DNA of 64,000 nucleotides, from the IMG/VR virus record IMGVR_UViG_3300044712_002679, positions 116,406 to 180,405 of that record; one strand, given 5' to 3'. The notes beneath the pieces were generated by a model. The model was not told the DNA's origin and did not search any database. It was given only the letters and a program-made list of their open reading frames with translations. Shown here piece by piece: positions 14,145 to 23,326 of this stretch (within the stretch, counting starts at the first letter, position 1; each line of letters begins with the position of its first letter). This DNA comes from a virus. The position numbers and the translations under genes are program-made.

Positions 14145-14608
14145 ATTGGTAATATGTGAAATTCTTTTAAAAATATATAATTTACAATATATTCCCAATT
14201 AGGGAATTCTTTAGAACCAAATTTTATAAATTCACCTTTAAAATCTAATTGTCCATGCATATCAGTATCATCAATTAGATAATCTCCAATATGTAAAGAT
14301 TTATCACATGACATATCAAGTCTTTCTAATGTTTCAAATCCTAAATGTTCAAGAACCCAATATGCTTTTTCTGTATAACTATTTAGATTATATATTGATG
14401 GTCGAGTTAAAATACGAACTTCAAAATATTCTTCAAGTTTTTTAAATGCTTTAATTGCACCTGGGATTTCTTCCAATTTAATAAAAAATCCAAACTGTGA
14501 TTGTGGATATTTTTGTGTTGGACATTTTTCCAAATCATTTAAATATGCCTTTGCAAAATTGCAAAGAACCCCATCTAAATCCACATATATTATTTTATTT
14601 TTTTTCAT
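14141..14608 (-). CDS. 5'(3')-deoxyribonucleotidase (NT5C family, HAD superfamily)
   Basis: KIIYVDLDGVLCNFAKAY (HAD DxDG motif near N-terminus) and IGDYLIDDTDMHG; longest ORF extends to 14632 but ATG 14608 avoids overlap with upstream gene. Confidence 0.7.
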   Translation of the reverse strand: MKKNKIIYVDLDGVLCNFAKAYLNDLEKCPTQKYPQSQFGFFIKLEEIPGAIKAFKKLEEYFEVRILTRPSIYNLNSYTEKAYWVLEHLGFETLERLDMSCDKSLHIGDYLIDDTDMHGQLDFKGEFIKFGSKEFPNWEYIVNYIFLKEFHILPI

Positions 14609-15389
14609 TTTTAAAATTTTTAAATTTTTCATATTTTCTATTCAAATATATATCAGACAAATTTTCTTCATAAATATAATTTAAAAAATTAAATGCATCT
14701 CTATACAAATATAATCTATTTGTTGAATAATGTTTTAAAATTTTTGTTTTTTTTGTTATTATTTTATTTTTTTCTAAAAAATCTTGAATTTGTTCTAAGC
14801 ATTCTTTAGTTGATATTAAATTTACTTTTATTCTATTATTATCTTTACCATATATTGTTAATGATCCATCACCATCAAACATACCAGCTATAAAATTCAA
14901 ATAATATTTTTCATCTATGTTTTTAATAATGAAATTATCACTTTTTTCAACATTTATATATTTTTGTAATTTTTTTGTGAATAAATTATTTGTAATAGAT
15001 ATTACATATGAAGTATATTCTTTATTGTTTCTTTTGTCAATAGTTGTATTTTTAACAATTTTATGTTCAGATTCTAATGACTTTTTAAATTTTATTAATA
15101 TTTCTTCATCTTTAGATACTAATCTAACTTTATTATTTTTTAAACAACCATCTGCAACAATAAAACCTAACCAATACGCTTTTTCTTTCGTGTCAATATT
15201 ATCAAAATATGATATATTGAATTTTAATTTGCTTTCATTTAACCTATTTCTATTTGTATTAATATTATTGTTTCTTAATATATTACTTACTGTTACTTGT
15301 GATATATTTAATTTTTTTGATATTTCAATTTGTTTATTTGTTAACGATAAATTAATTATTTCTGTTATTAAATCTTTATTTATTTTCAT
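14595..15389 (-). CDS. LAGLIDADG homing endonuclease (double-motif, free-standing)
   Basis: AYWLGFIVADGCL and NFIAGMFDGDGSL motifs about 100 aa apart; N-terminal HTH-like ISKKLNISQVTVSNILR. Confidence 0.85.
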   Translation of the reverse strand: MKINKDLITEIINLSLTNKQIEISKKLNISQVTVSNILRNNNINTNRNRLNESKLKFNISYFDNIDTKEKAYWLGFIVADGCLKNNKVRLVSKDEEILIKFKKSLESEHKIVKNTTIDKRNNKEYTSYVISITNNLFTKKLQKYINVEKSDNFIIKNIDEKYYLNFIAGMFDGDGSLTIYGKDNNRIKVNLISTKECLEQIQDFLEKNKIITKKTKILKHYSTNRLYLYRDAFNFLNYIYEENLSDIYLNRKYEKFKNFKNEKK

Positions 15390-15441
15390 TTATATTCCAT
15401 ATCATTTTTTTTATTTTAATATTTGTCCATATCAACATATA

Positions 15442-15882
15442 TTATATATTAATATTAAAATCTCGTTTTATTCTAATTTTTTCTTCTCGATCAAAAATAG
15501 AATTTTTTTTATCATACAGTTTTTTTCCTTTGGCAATACAAATTGTTACTTTACAAAGACCTTGTTTATTAACAAACATATTCAAAGGAATTATTGTTAA
15601 TCCTTTTTCTTTTATTTTGACTTTAAGTTTTTTTAATTCTTTTTTTGTTAATAATAATTTTTTTGGTCGTTTTGGATCATGATTAAATTGATTTGCAAAT
15701 TCATATTCATCAATATGACAATTTACTAAATATAAATCGTTTCCTGTAAACGAACAAAAACTTTCAGATAATGATGCTTTACCCTTTCTTATTGATTTTA
15801 TTTCTGAACCCACAAGCTGAATCCCCGCTACGATTTCATCTTCTATAAAAAATTCGTAGTATGCTTTTTTATTTTTTATCAT
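15442..15882 (-). CDS. smpB: SsrA-binding protein SmpB
   Basis: NKKAYYEFFIEDEIVAGIQLVGSEIKSIRKGKASL...DPKRPKKLLLTKKEL...KVTICIAKGKKLYDKK aligns along the full length with E. coli SmpB. Confidence 0.9.
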   Translation of the reverse strand: MIKNKKAYYEFFIEDEIVAGIQLVGSEIKSIRKGKASLSESFCSFTGNDLYLVNCHIDEYEFANQFNHDPKRPKKLLLTKKELKKLKVKIKEKGLTIIPLNMFVNKQGLCKVTICIAKGKKLYDKKNSIFDREEKIRIKRDFNINI

Positions 15883-16201
15883 ATCTGATTTTATTTATTT
15901 TTTGTAATTTTAACTTTCTATCATTTCGTAATATTAATACATTAATTTCATTAGCACCACTAACATTATCATCAATTTTTTTAACATTATCTAACATTTC
16001 AGAATTTAATATTTCAATACTATTACCCTTTAAATCATTTACTACACTACCTATTTTTGGATATGTTGGATATGTTAACGGTAATTTTGTTTTTCGGCAA
16101 AGAAATTCAAATATTAAAGTAGATCCATAATTTAAAGGATTCCAATCTTTTTCATTTGAAATAATCCATGTATTATAAAAAATATATCCATAATATTTCA
16201 T
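15869..16201 (-). CDS. Hypothetical protein
   Basis: 110-aa ORF overlapping neighbours by a few nt (operon-like). Confidence 0.55.
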   Translation of the reverse strand: MKYYGYIFYNTWIISNEKDWNPLNYGSTLIFEFLCRKTKLPLTYPTYPKIGSVVNDLKGNSIEILNSEMLDNVKKIDDNVSGANEINVLILRNDRKLKLQKINKIRYDKK

Positions 16202-17154
16202 AATAAAATTCTTCCTTTATTTGGAAATTTGTAATTTTTAACTATTTCGTTATATACTTTATCGACTGTTGGATGACATTTATAAATATTTGGATCAGGA
16301 TCAATATCTTGACCCACTGTTTCTGGATTATCTAAACAAAAAGCTACAGGTGGCATAATATTATATTTACTGTTATATTTAATGCAATATTTCATATCTG
16401 ATGCACAAAATAATTTACAATCACCTAAAATATATGAATATTTATAATTTTGATATCCTTTTCTATATGGTGATCTCAATCTTGGATCAATTGAACTACC
16501 CAATTGAATAATATGTGTATCTGTTGTACCAGCCAAATGTAATATTCCGGAGTCCATTGTAATTACCATTGATGATTTATTTAAAATATGCCAAGTCTGA
16601 TGAATATTTATTTTATTAATTAGATTAAGTCCATTTTTAACATCTATATCATAAACAGGCTTCTGTATTTTATAATTTCCGTGTTCAACAGCATCTTTAC
16701 CAATTAATACTATCGGAATATTAATTTTGTTTATTTCATTTACTAGTTCTTGCCATCGTTCTTTTTCCCAACTTCTAGATGGCCAAGATTTAACAGGATG
16801 CATCACAATATAATTTTCTGGTAAATTAGATATCTCTTCATATTCATCAGGAAAAAATTCAATTTTCATTTCTTCGGGTAATAATTGAAATCCGGCACTA
16901 ATAGAATGAATTTGTCTAATATCTGTTCTAGTGTGAAGAAATTTATCGGGTCTAAAAGTTTCAATAAATAAATCACCATCATCTGGTGTTTGGTTATCAG
17001 TCAATATTATATATGGATAATTTTTAAGTAATTCTTTTTGATATGTGTAAACATAAATATTTTGATCATAGATTTCACTAAGATATTTTATTGTTGGAAT
17101 AGCACATAATGTATCACCGACACTTTGAGAACCAATTAAAACTAATATTTTCAT
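16198..17154 (-). CDS. Glycosyltransferase family 9 (heptosyltransferase-like)
   Basis: MKILVLIGSQSVGDTLCAIPTIKYL and VITMDSGILHLAGTTDTHIIQLG match GT9 motifs (ILVIr.s.lGD....P and DSG..HLAaa.g.P...lfG); start set at ATG 17154. Confidence 0.7.
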   Translation of the reverse strand: MKILVLIGSQSVGDTLCAIPTIKYLSEIYDQNIYVYTYQKELLKNYPYIILTDNQTPDDGDLFIETFRPDKFLHTRTDIRQIHSISAGFQLLPEEMKIEFFPDEYEEISNLPENYIVMHPVKSWPSRSWEKERWQELVNEINKINIPIVLIGKDAVEHGNYKIQKPVYDIDVKNGLNLINKINIHQTWHILNKSSMVITMDSGILHLAGTTDTHIIQLGSSIDPRLRSPYRKGYQNYKYSYILGDCKLFCASDMKYCIKYNSKYNIMPPVAFCLDNPETVGQDIDPDPNIYKCHPTVDKVYNEIVKNYKFPNKGRILL

Positions 17155-17197
17155 TCTAATTATATACATTTTATAGTTTAAGTTTTAATAAAAATTG

Positions 17198-17205
17198 TAT
17201 ATTTG
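17198..17205 (+). promoter_or_regulatory. -7 promoter box TATATTTG
   Basis: 48 nt upstream of ATG 17254 in a divergent intergenic region. Confidence 0.5.
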
Positions 17206-17253
17206 CATAAAAAATTTTTTCATTTTTAATATATATCTAAAAAAAACAAAAAT

Positions 17254-17925
17254 ATGGCTAAATTATTAAAATATGAATCTTTTTTGAATGAAAAAAAATT
17301 GAATTTAGATAACACATATGAATATTTGAAAAAAGTTACTAAAAAATGTAATTATGAACAATCCCAACATTTTTATATGAAAGAACCAATTGAAATTGGA
17401 ACATGTAAAAGTGGTAAATTTTATTTAAATTATTTAAGTGTTAATTATTATGATGATCATTTAGCATTTTGGATTATATATAATGAAAGACCAGATAAAT
17501 TATTTGGCACATCTTGGGATTCATCCGTAATATGGGAAGAAGAAGGTAAATTGAATTATATTGATGAAAACATCAAAGAAGAATTTAAATTATATCCAAA
17601 TTTTATGGAAATTATTGCAGAAAAAATCAAATCATATGATGATTTAGATAACTGGTGTAAATATTTAGTTGATCTTGGTTTAAAATCTAGAAAATATCAT
17701 CGTTGGGCAATATCAGCATCTATAAAAGATAAATTAACATGGGATGAAAGAATAGAATGGACAAAAAATCAAATTGAAATTGACAAATTATTGAATCGTC
17801 ATTCTAAACCTGTTGAAGAAAAACGATTGAAAGATATGTTAACTTTGGGTGAAGTTGAATATGATAAAAAAATGAATAAACAGAATAAAGAAATTGAAGA
17901 TATTTTAAAAGAAATGGATTTATAA
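17254..17925 (+). CDS. Hypothetical protein
   Basis: 223-aa ORF. Confidence 0.65.
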   Translation: MAKLLKYESFLNEKKLNLDNTYEYLKKVTKKCNYEQSQHFYMKEPIEIGTCKSGKFYLNYLSVNYYDDHLAFWIIYNERPDKLFGTSWDSSVIWEEEGKLNYIDENIKEEFKLYPNFMEIIAEKIKSYDDLDNWCKYLVDLGLKSRKYHRWAISASIKDKLTWDERIEWTKNQIEIDKLLNRHSKPVEEKRLKDMLTLGEVEYDKKMNKQNKEIEDILKEMDL

Positions 17926-18615
17926 TAAGTGACATATTTTTTTAGCTGCTTCAACACAAGACAATACATCATGTTCACAATAGTTTTTAATTCTTTCTAA
18001 TTCACCACGTTCCCAATAACTAGTGTGGACTTCTTTTCCACACATATCAGTTTTTGGACTTTCGATATTTAAACAATATAACATATCATCGAATGATGAT
18101 GTTTCTAATGTTCCTATACTTCGCCACACTTCAGATAAATCGAATACTGGCATATCCCATGGTTTAACATCAAATGTTTTTAATATCTTAGGTATTTCTA
18201 AACCATATGACAACATTTTTTTATTCATCCAGGGAATGTCAAATCCCTTTATATAATATCCACATAGTTGATATAAAGTTTTATTTGCGTTAGAAAAAAT
18301 CGAATGTGATTTTTTCATGATTTTTTCTTCATCATCATCATAACATGATATGATTTTAACATTTCCTTTTGTTGCTGTTGCAATTGATACACAAACAGTT
18401 TTACCAAATTCAGGCATAATACCTGCCTTTTTAATATATACTATATTTGGATCACCTGCCCATTCAGCACTTCCTGATGCAGATGATGCCCTACGTCTTT
18501 CTAACTTATTCATAAATAAATCATATCCCCGTACATCATTTACTTTTAATGTTTCTAAATCGGGATATTTGCCGACAGTTTCTATATCGAAATATATTAA
18601 TTCACCATAATTCAT
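17920..18615 (-). CDS. Stand-alone 3'-5' exonuclease (DEDDy, PolB-exonuclease-like)
   Basis: ExoI IYFDIETVG, ExoII GYYIKGFDIPWM, ExoIII YCEHDVLSC. Confidence 0.75.
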   Translation of the reverse strand: MNYGELIYFDIETVGKYPDLETLKVNDVRGYDLFMNKLERRRASSASGSAEWAGDPNIVYIKKAGIMPEFGKTVCVSIATATKGNVKIISCYDDDEEKIMKKSHSIFSNANKTLYQLCGYYIKGFDIPWMNKKMLSYGLEIPKILKTFDVKPWDMPVFDLSEVWRSIGTLETSSFDDMLYCLNIESPKTDMCGKEVHTSYWERGELERIKNYCEHDVLSCVEAAKKICHLL

Positions 18616-18653
18616 ATTTTATTATAGTGAAAAAAATAAAAAAGGTTAAAAAA

Positions 18654-18671
18654 AAGAACCTTTCGGTTCTT
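18654..18671 (-). terminator. Rho-independent terminator
   Basis: AAGAACC TTTC GGTTCTT; on the minus strand followed by an 8-T run. Confidence 0.65.
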
Positions 18672-18976
18672 TCTTAATCAAATAATAAATCTTTTTATGT
18701 TATATTGTGTTCAAGATTATACAGCTTTATAATTTGATCATCTGTTACCCGATTTGGATCAAATGGTGTATCAAAACCATATTTCATCATCAACCACATC
18801 TGATCATCATTAGTTAAATTATTCCACCAAAGTCACGATAAAATTGCTTATGTCTTTTATATCGCACAATTCTCCTTTTTATAATAGGGATTATGTCGTA
18901 ATAGAATATACCAATTAACAATATTGTAAAAAATATTATTAGCATAATACTAAAAAAATGCATAATTTGTTCCATA

Positions 18977-19564
18977 TTATTTAATATATGCTAAACATTT
19001 GTTTTTTGCTTCTGTAAGTTCAATGAATTTATCTTGACTACCACCTTTATCAGGATGATATATTTTAGATAATTCACGATATTTAGACTGAACATCATCT
19101 TTAGTGGCATCAGTAGTCAACCCCAAGAAATCAAATGATTCTCTTGGTACTAAACTATTAAAGAATAAGGATGCCAAAAAACCGAAATGTGCAAATGGAT
19201 CAAATCCATCAAATGGATCATTCCATCTTCGATATTCTTCCCGTCTACGTTGATTTTCTTCTTTTTCTCTACGTCTACGTTCCATTTCTGTTGGAAACAA
19301 ATCTTCACGCATTTTAACTATAACTGATGCATAAAAATAATTCCAAAGTTTTTCTGGCAATTGACCAGCAGTTTTTTTATCAATACCATCCCATTTCATT
19401 CGAATTGCACGAACAGCATTTTCGAATCCTTTGATATTTTGATAAGAATTTCCAACTTCAAGTAGTGTTAGAAAATCTTGTGTTAAATCAGCAATAAATT
19501 CATTATGCTTAAAATTAACACCATGTAATAAATTGTACTTTTTTTGATAATCTAATGTTTTCAT
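18977..19564 (-). CDS. J-domain (DnaJ-like) protein, J domain at C-terminus
   Basis: DFLGLTTDATKDDVQSKYRELSKIYHPDKGGSQDKFIELTEAKNKC with HPD tripeptide; start set at ATG 19564 because the promoter box lies inside the longer ORF. Confidence 0.8.
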   Translation of the reverse strand: MKTLDYQKKYNLLHGVNFKHNEFIADLTQDFLTLLEVGNSYQNIKGFENAVRAIRMKWDGIDKKTAGQLPEKLWNYFYASVIVKMREDLFPTEMERRRREKEENQRRREEYRRWNDPFDGFDPFAHFGFLASLFFNSLVPRESFDFLGLTTDATKDDVQSKYRELSKIYHPDKGGSQDKFIELTEAKNKCLAYIK

Positions 19565-19588
19565 TGTTGTTGTTTTTAAATGATGACA

Positions 19589-19596
19589 CAAAGATA
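19589..19596 (-). promoter_or_regulatory. -7 promoter box TATCTTTG (minus strand) with conserved leader
   Basis: Minus-sense CTATCTTTGTGTCATCATTTAAAAACAACAATG; 24 nt to the ATG. Confidence 0.65.
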
Positions 19597-19647
19597 GTAA
19601 TAATTTTTTTAATATTACCAAAATATTGTAGTTTTTTCAAAAAAAAA

Positions 19648-19673
19648 GGAAGGCTATACAGTTTAAGCCTTCC
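19648..19673 (-). terminator. Rho-independent terminator
   Basis: GGAAGGC / GCCTTCC stem, 12-nt loop, T-run on the minus strand; 3' of gene 19928..20329. Confidence 0.6.
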
Positions 19674-19927
19674 CAAAAATTTTAAGATATTATTTTATTC
19701 AATGATCAATTGAATATGGGTCAATATTCTTAATAAACCCTTACGTTTGATTAGGTTACAAACCTTTAAAAAAACCGTTTCTCCACTATATTTTTCATTA
19801 ACGTTGAAAAACATCTCCAAACTAGAACCCAAAAAATCATACGACTGTCAAATTAAGATTATGATCCGATTAACGTTGAACGATCTTAATTTATATAATA
19901 TATAATGAAGTTAAAAAAAAGTTTATT

Positions 19928-20329
19928 TTATTTACAATAATAGCAAAAATTATAACCTGAATTAACCCGTCTAGTCAAACATTTTTGACACCATTCATTA
20001 TTTCCTTTGCGCAATTCTATTTCCGATTTAGTTAAAGCAACATTATAATTTTGTTTTCGATTGGTTATTTTATTTAATTTTGGATTATATTTTTTAATCA
20101 AGTCATATTCTAAATCAAGCATATCTGTTTGATTTTCACATATTTTTATTACTTCAAAAATCAAATCCTTTCCATTAGCTTTATGCCAACGAAATCTATC
20201 ATTTGGAACTTGGACTGTTGTACCAATATAGACAAGTTCTTTTGTTTTTTTATCAAGACCTTTATAAATATAAAAACCTTTTGAAAAAATAAGATTTTTA
20301 TTTTTTGCACACAATAAATCAGATTCCAT
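19928..20329 (-). CDS. GIY-YIG domain nuclease with C-terminal Zn finger
   Basis: GFYIYKG...LVYIGTT...NDRFRWHK...LEYDLIKKYNPKLN (GIY, YIG, R, H, E, N positions) and CQKC...CYYC. Confidence 0.7.
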   Translation of the reverse strand: MESDLLCAKNKNLIFSKGFYIYKGLDKKTKELVYIGTTVQVPNDRFRWHKANGKDLIFEVIKICENQTDMLDLEYDLIKKYNPKLNKITNRKQNYNVALTKSEIELRKGNNEWCQKCLTRRVNSGYNFCYYCK

Positions 20330-20706
20330 TATCCAAGTTTTCTTAAATAAATTAATTGTAGTGGACTAACTTTACCATATTTTTTCAATGTTGCTAATAT
20401 ACTTTTGTAGAATTTTCTGTCATTTACTGATAAACGACTATTTAGATCATATAACTGTTTGAAATGTGTATAGCTAACAGAAACCCAATCATCAGGTACT
20501 TTGTCCAACTTATTATCTAAATTGTTGTAAATTTTAGTCACAGCACCAAAAGATGCTTGTTTTTTACCATTATCTGTCGCAATTTTTATCGCTTTAATCC
20601 ACAATTCTGGTTCTTCAATATGTCGCATATCCTGCATCATAAAAAATTCTTTTGGATATACAGGTGATTTTACATTTTCGTTAAATTCAACAAATTTGGT
20701 TTTCAT
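20329..20706 (-). CDS. Hypothetical protein
   Basis: 125-aa ORF, start/stop overlap with downstream gene. Confidence 0.6.
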   Translation of the reverse strand: MKTKFVEFNENVKSPVYPKEFFMMQDMRHIEEPELWIKAIKIATDNGKKQASFGAVTKIYNNLDNKLDKVPDDWVSVSYTHFKQLYDLNSRLSVNDRKFYKSILATLKKYGKVSPLQLIYLRKLG

Positions 20707-20727
20707 ATACCTATATATATTAAAAAA

Positions 20728-20871
20728 TTATTTAATAAAATCGGATGTGTTTCTATGTTCCCAAAATTTTCTACATTTAACAGCAGTATTCTTTTTTTCG
20801 AGTTTACAGTTCCCATATTCTGCACATTTTCTACACAAGATGATGTATGATGTATTTTTTTCAGTTTTCAT
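20728..20871 (-). CDS. Hypothetical small Cys-rich protein (47 aa)
   Basis: Hand-read ORF MKTEKNTSYIILCRKCAEYGNCKLEKKNTAVKCRKFWEHRNTSDFIK; below track threshold. Confidence 0.3.
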   Translation of the reverse strand: MKTEKNTSYIILCRKCAEYGNCKLEKKNTAVKCRKFWEHRNTSDFIK

Positions 20872-20878
20872 ATACCAA

Positions 20879-21616
20879 TTATTTTAATCTTGTTATAGTT
20901 ATAATAACACCACCAACACTAGTTCCACTTGTTTTGAATGCACCCCTTGGAATATTTTCGATATTAGCATTAACTTCACTTAGCCAATTTCTAAATTCGG
21001 TTTCTTTTTTATTATTTGAATTTTTCCAATGTTCAGATGCGATTGATACCAATTTGCCACCACATTTCAATAATTCATACATATGTTTTACGTGGTCGAT
21101 ATCTTGATTGGCTGTGAATGGTGGATTTGCTATAATTTTATCATATACAGGTTGATTCGGAATCATTAAAAAATCTCCAACTTCATGATGAAAACCTTTT
21201 TTATTTAGTATTAATGAATTTGCTTCCATCAATTCAATTGCAAGAACTTGACAATCAATATTTTTTCTTAATATCGCTTCGATTATAGCACCTTGACCTG
21301 CACTAGGTTCTAATACAATATCATTTTCTTTTAAATCTGCCAAATTCACTAATTTATCTGCAAGTTCACTTGGTGTTTCAAAAAATTGATATTCTTTTTT
21401 TAAATTACGTTTTTCACCATTGGATATTTGATTAAGTAAATCAGTAGGATCAGAATTAAACACAAACCCAAACGTTTTACCACCAACCCATTTACCACCA
21501 ATCAAATTAAGTGATTTTGCTACATCTTGGTATAATTTTCTTTCGAGTTGAACATTTGGTAATTTAACAACATTACCATCAACGGTACATTGAATTAATA
21601 CTTCTTCTTTTGTCAT
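20879..21616 (-). CDS. N6-adenine DNA methyltransferase (orphan)
   Basis: SAM motif I VLEPSAGQGAII and catalytic motif IV IIANPPFT; no adjacent restriction gene. Confidence 0.8.
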   Translation of the reverse strand: MTKEEVLIQCTVDGNVVKLPNVQLERKLYQDVAKSLNLIGGKWVGGKTFGFVFNSDPTDLLNQISNGEKRNLKKEYQFFETPSELADKLVNLADLKENDIVLEPSAGQGAIIEAILRKNIDCQVLAIELMEANSLILNKKGFHHEVGDFLMIPNQPVYDKIIANPPFTANQDIDHVKHMYELLKCGGKLVSIASEHWKNSNNKKETEFRNWLSEVNANIENIPRGAFKTSGTSVGGVIITITRLK

Positions 21617-21641
21617 AAAATTGTTGTTTTAAATGATTGTG

Positions 21642-21649
21642 CAAAGATA
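21642..21649 (-). promoter_or_regulatory. -7 promoter box TATCTTTG (minus strand) with conserved leader
   Basis: Minus-sense CTATCTTTGCACAATCATTTAAAACAACAATTTTATG; 25 nt to the ATG. Confidence 0.65.
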
Positions 21650-21679
21650 GTTAATTTTTTATTAAATAACAAAAAAAAA

Positions 21680-21695
21680 GAGGATTTAAATCCCC
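21680..21695 (-). terminator. Rho-independent terminator
   Basis: Minus-sense GGGGAT TTAA ATCCTC followed by a 9-T run; 3' of gene 21700..23271. Confidence 0.55.
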
Positions 21696-21699
21696 TTTT

Positions 21700-23271
21700 T
21701 TAATCTAATGTTGTGTATTCAAACCCATCTTTGGTTTTAAAGAATACTATATGTTGAAATTTGCCTAATTTATTTATAATTCCGTGTGCATTAATCCAAG
21801 TAGTTAAACCCTTATTATAATTTAATCGTAATTGTGTAGATGTTCCAACACAACAACTTCCAGAAACCCTAGAAATTGCGTGTGTGTGTCCAACCACATT
21901 TTTAACCGACAATTTTGAAAATTGATTCATTCCACCACGACTGCCAGATGCACCTAAATTTCCATGCATTGAACACAAATATCCATTAACAACAATATTA
22001 TCATTATATGTTAAACAATGAAAATTTGGATATTTTTTATTAATAACATAAGGTACGATACCATTTGGTGCTTCACCTTTTAATATAACACTAGCATATT
22101 CCATATAAGGAATTGCATTTTTTAGTGAATTCATTTTTCTCCAATCAGTTTCACGCAAAAATCTATCAACATGTTCATCATGATTTGATTTCACTATATA
22201 AACATCATAATCTTTTATTTGTGATAACCATTCTAACATTTCATCCAATTCTTTTTGAAGCGAATTTGATCCGTTCATTTCCATTTCGTGTTGTAAAAAT
22301 GGATCATTTGTGTTATGATGTGTTATAGAATATGAATCCATTATATCATGAATAAACAATGTTTTTGGATATAATTTTTGACATAAATCATTTAATGTTT
22401 TATCAATAATTTCAGTATTTACACATTTTGTATGAATATCACCCATTATCAACGCATCAACAGTTTCAATTCTTTTAACAACACCATTATTTACATGATA
22501 AAACAAATCAATAAATTCGCCAGTATCTTTTGCGCTTACTTGTCTAAAGAAATAAGTATCTTCATCTTTTATTTCAACAATAGCAAACCCACTCGAAAAA
22601 TGAAATTCCCCTTTTTTACCAGCCTTTGTATCAGAAAAATTTTGTTTTGTAACTGCACCAGTAGTAAACATTAACTTTGGTTTATATTCATTTATAACTG
22701 GAACTGTTTTTAATTCTATTTTTGGATGTCCAACAACACAAGAATAATCACCTGTCATACCTTCAAGTCCCATTAATGGTGAATAAGCTGTTGGTTGTAT
22801 TTTAACATCACCTAGTACTTGTATTGATTTATTTAAGTTGTGCCTATTTAACGTTAAATGTGGTACAATTTTTTCATCCCACCAATCATTATCAGTATTT
22901 GTATTTATACTTGTTGGGTTGTGATAACGAAAAGGAATTACCAAAATTTCAGCATCAAGAACATCTTTATATGATAACATATTATTCCATAACCCAATAT
23001 TTACACTTGTTGCATTTTGTGCAGAAGTAATAAAATAATATTTTTTTGATTTATCGTGTTGTTTTAATTTTGCAAGTTTTATTTGTTCAGGTATAATAAT
23101 TACTTTTTCTTTTATTCCTAATTTTTCTGAACACCATCTTCTAAGTGTTCTTTCGGATTTATTTGTAAAATCCATAAGTATTTTCATCCTATCATCCCAA
23201 GTTTTTGTTCTATCCCAATATATACTACGAATTTTTTCAATATCTTCATCTTTTAGGTCTTTAAATTTCAT
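21700..23271 (-). CDS. Calcineurin-like metallophosphoesterase with N-terminal HTH-like region
   Basis: ALIMGDIHT, VKSNHDEHVDRF, VVGHTHA motifs in canonical order. Confidence 0.7.
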   Translation of the reverse strand: MKFKDLKDEDIEKIRSIYWDRTKTWDDRMKILMDFTNKSERTLRRWCSEKLGIKEKVIIIPEQIKLAKLKQHDKSKKYYFITSAQNATSVNIGLWNNMLSYKDVLDAEILVIPFRYHNPTSINTNTDNDWWDEKIVPHLTLNRHNLNKSIQVLGDVKIQPTAYSPLMGLEGMTGDYSCVVGHPKIELKTVPVINEYKPKLMFTTGAVTKQNFSDTKAGKKGEFHFSSGFAIVEIKDEDTYFFRQVSAKDTGEFIDLFYHVNNGVVKRIETVDALIMGDIHTKCVNTEIIDKTLNDLCQKLYPKTLFIHDIMDSYSITHHNTNDPFLQHEMEMNGSNSLQKELDEMLEWLSQIKDYDVYIVKSNHDEHVDRFLRETDWRKMNSLKNAIPYMEYASVILKGEAPNGIVPYVINKKYPNFHCLTYNDNIVVNGYLCSMHGNLGASGSRGGMNQFSKLSVKNVVGHTHAISRVSGSCCVGTSTQLRLNYNKGLTTWINAHGIINKLGKFQHIVFFKTKDGFEYTTLD

Positions 23272-23326
23272 ATTTAAATTTTTTTTTTTCTTATATAATA
23301 TATTTTAAATTATTTGTTTAATAATA

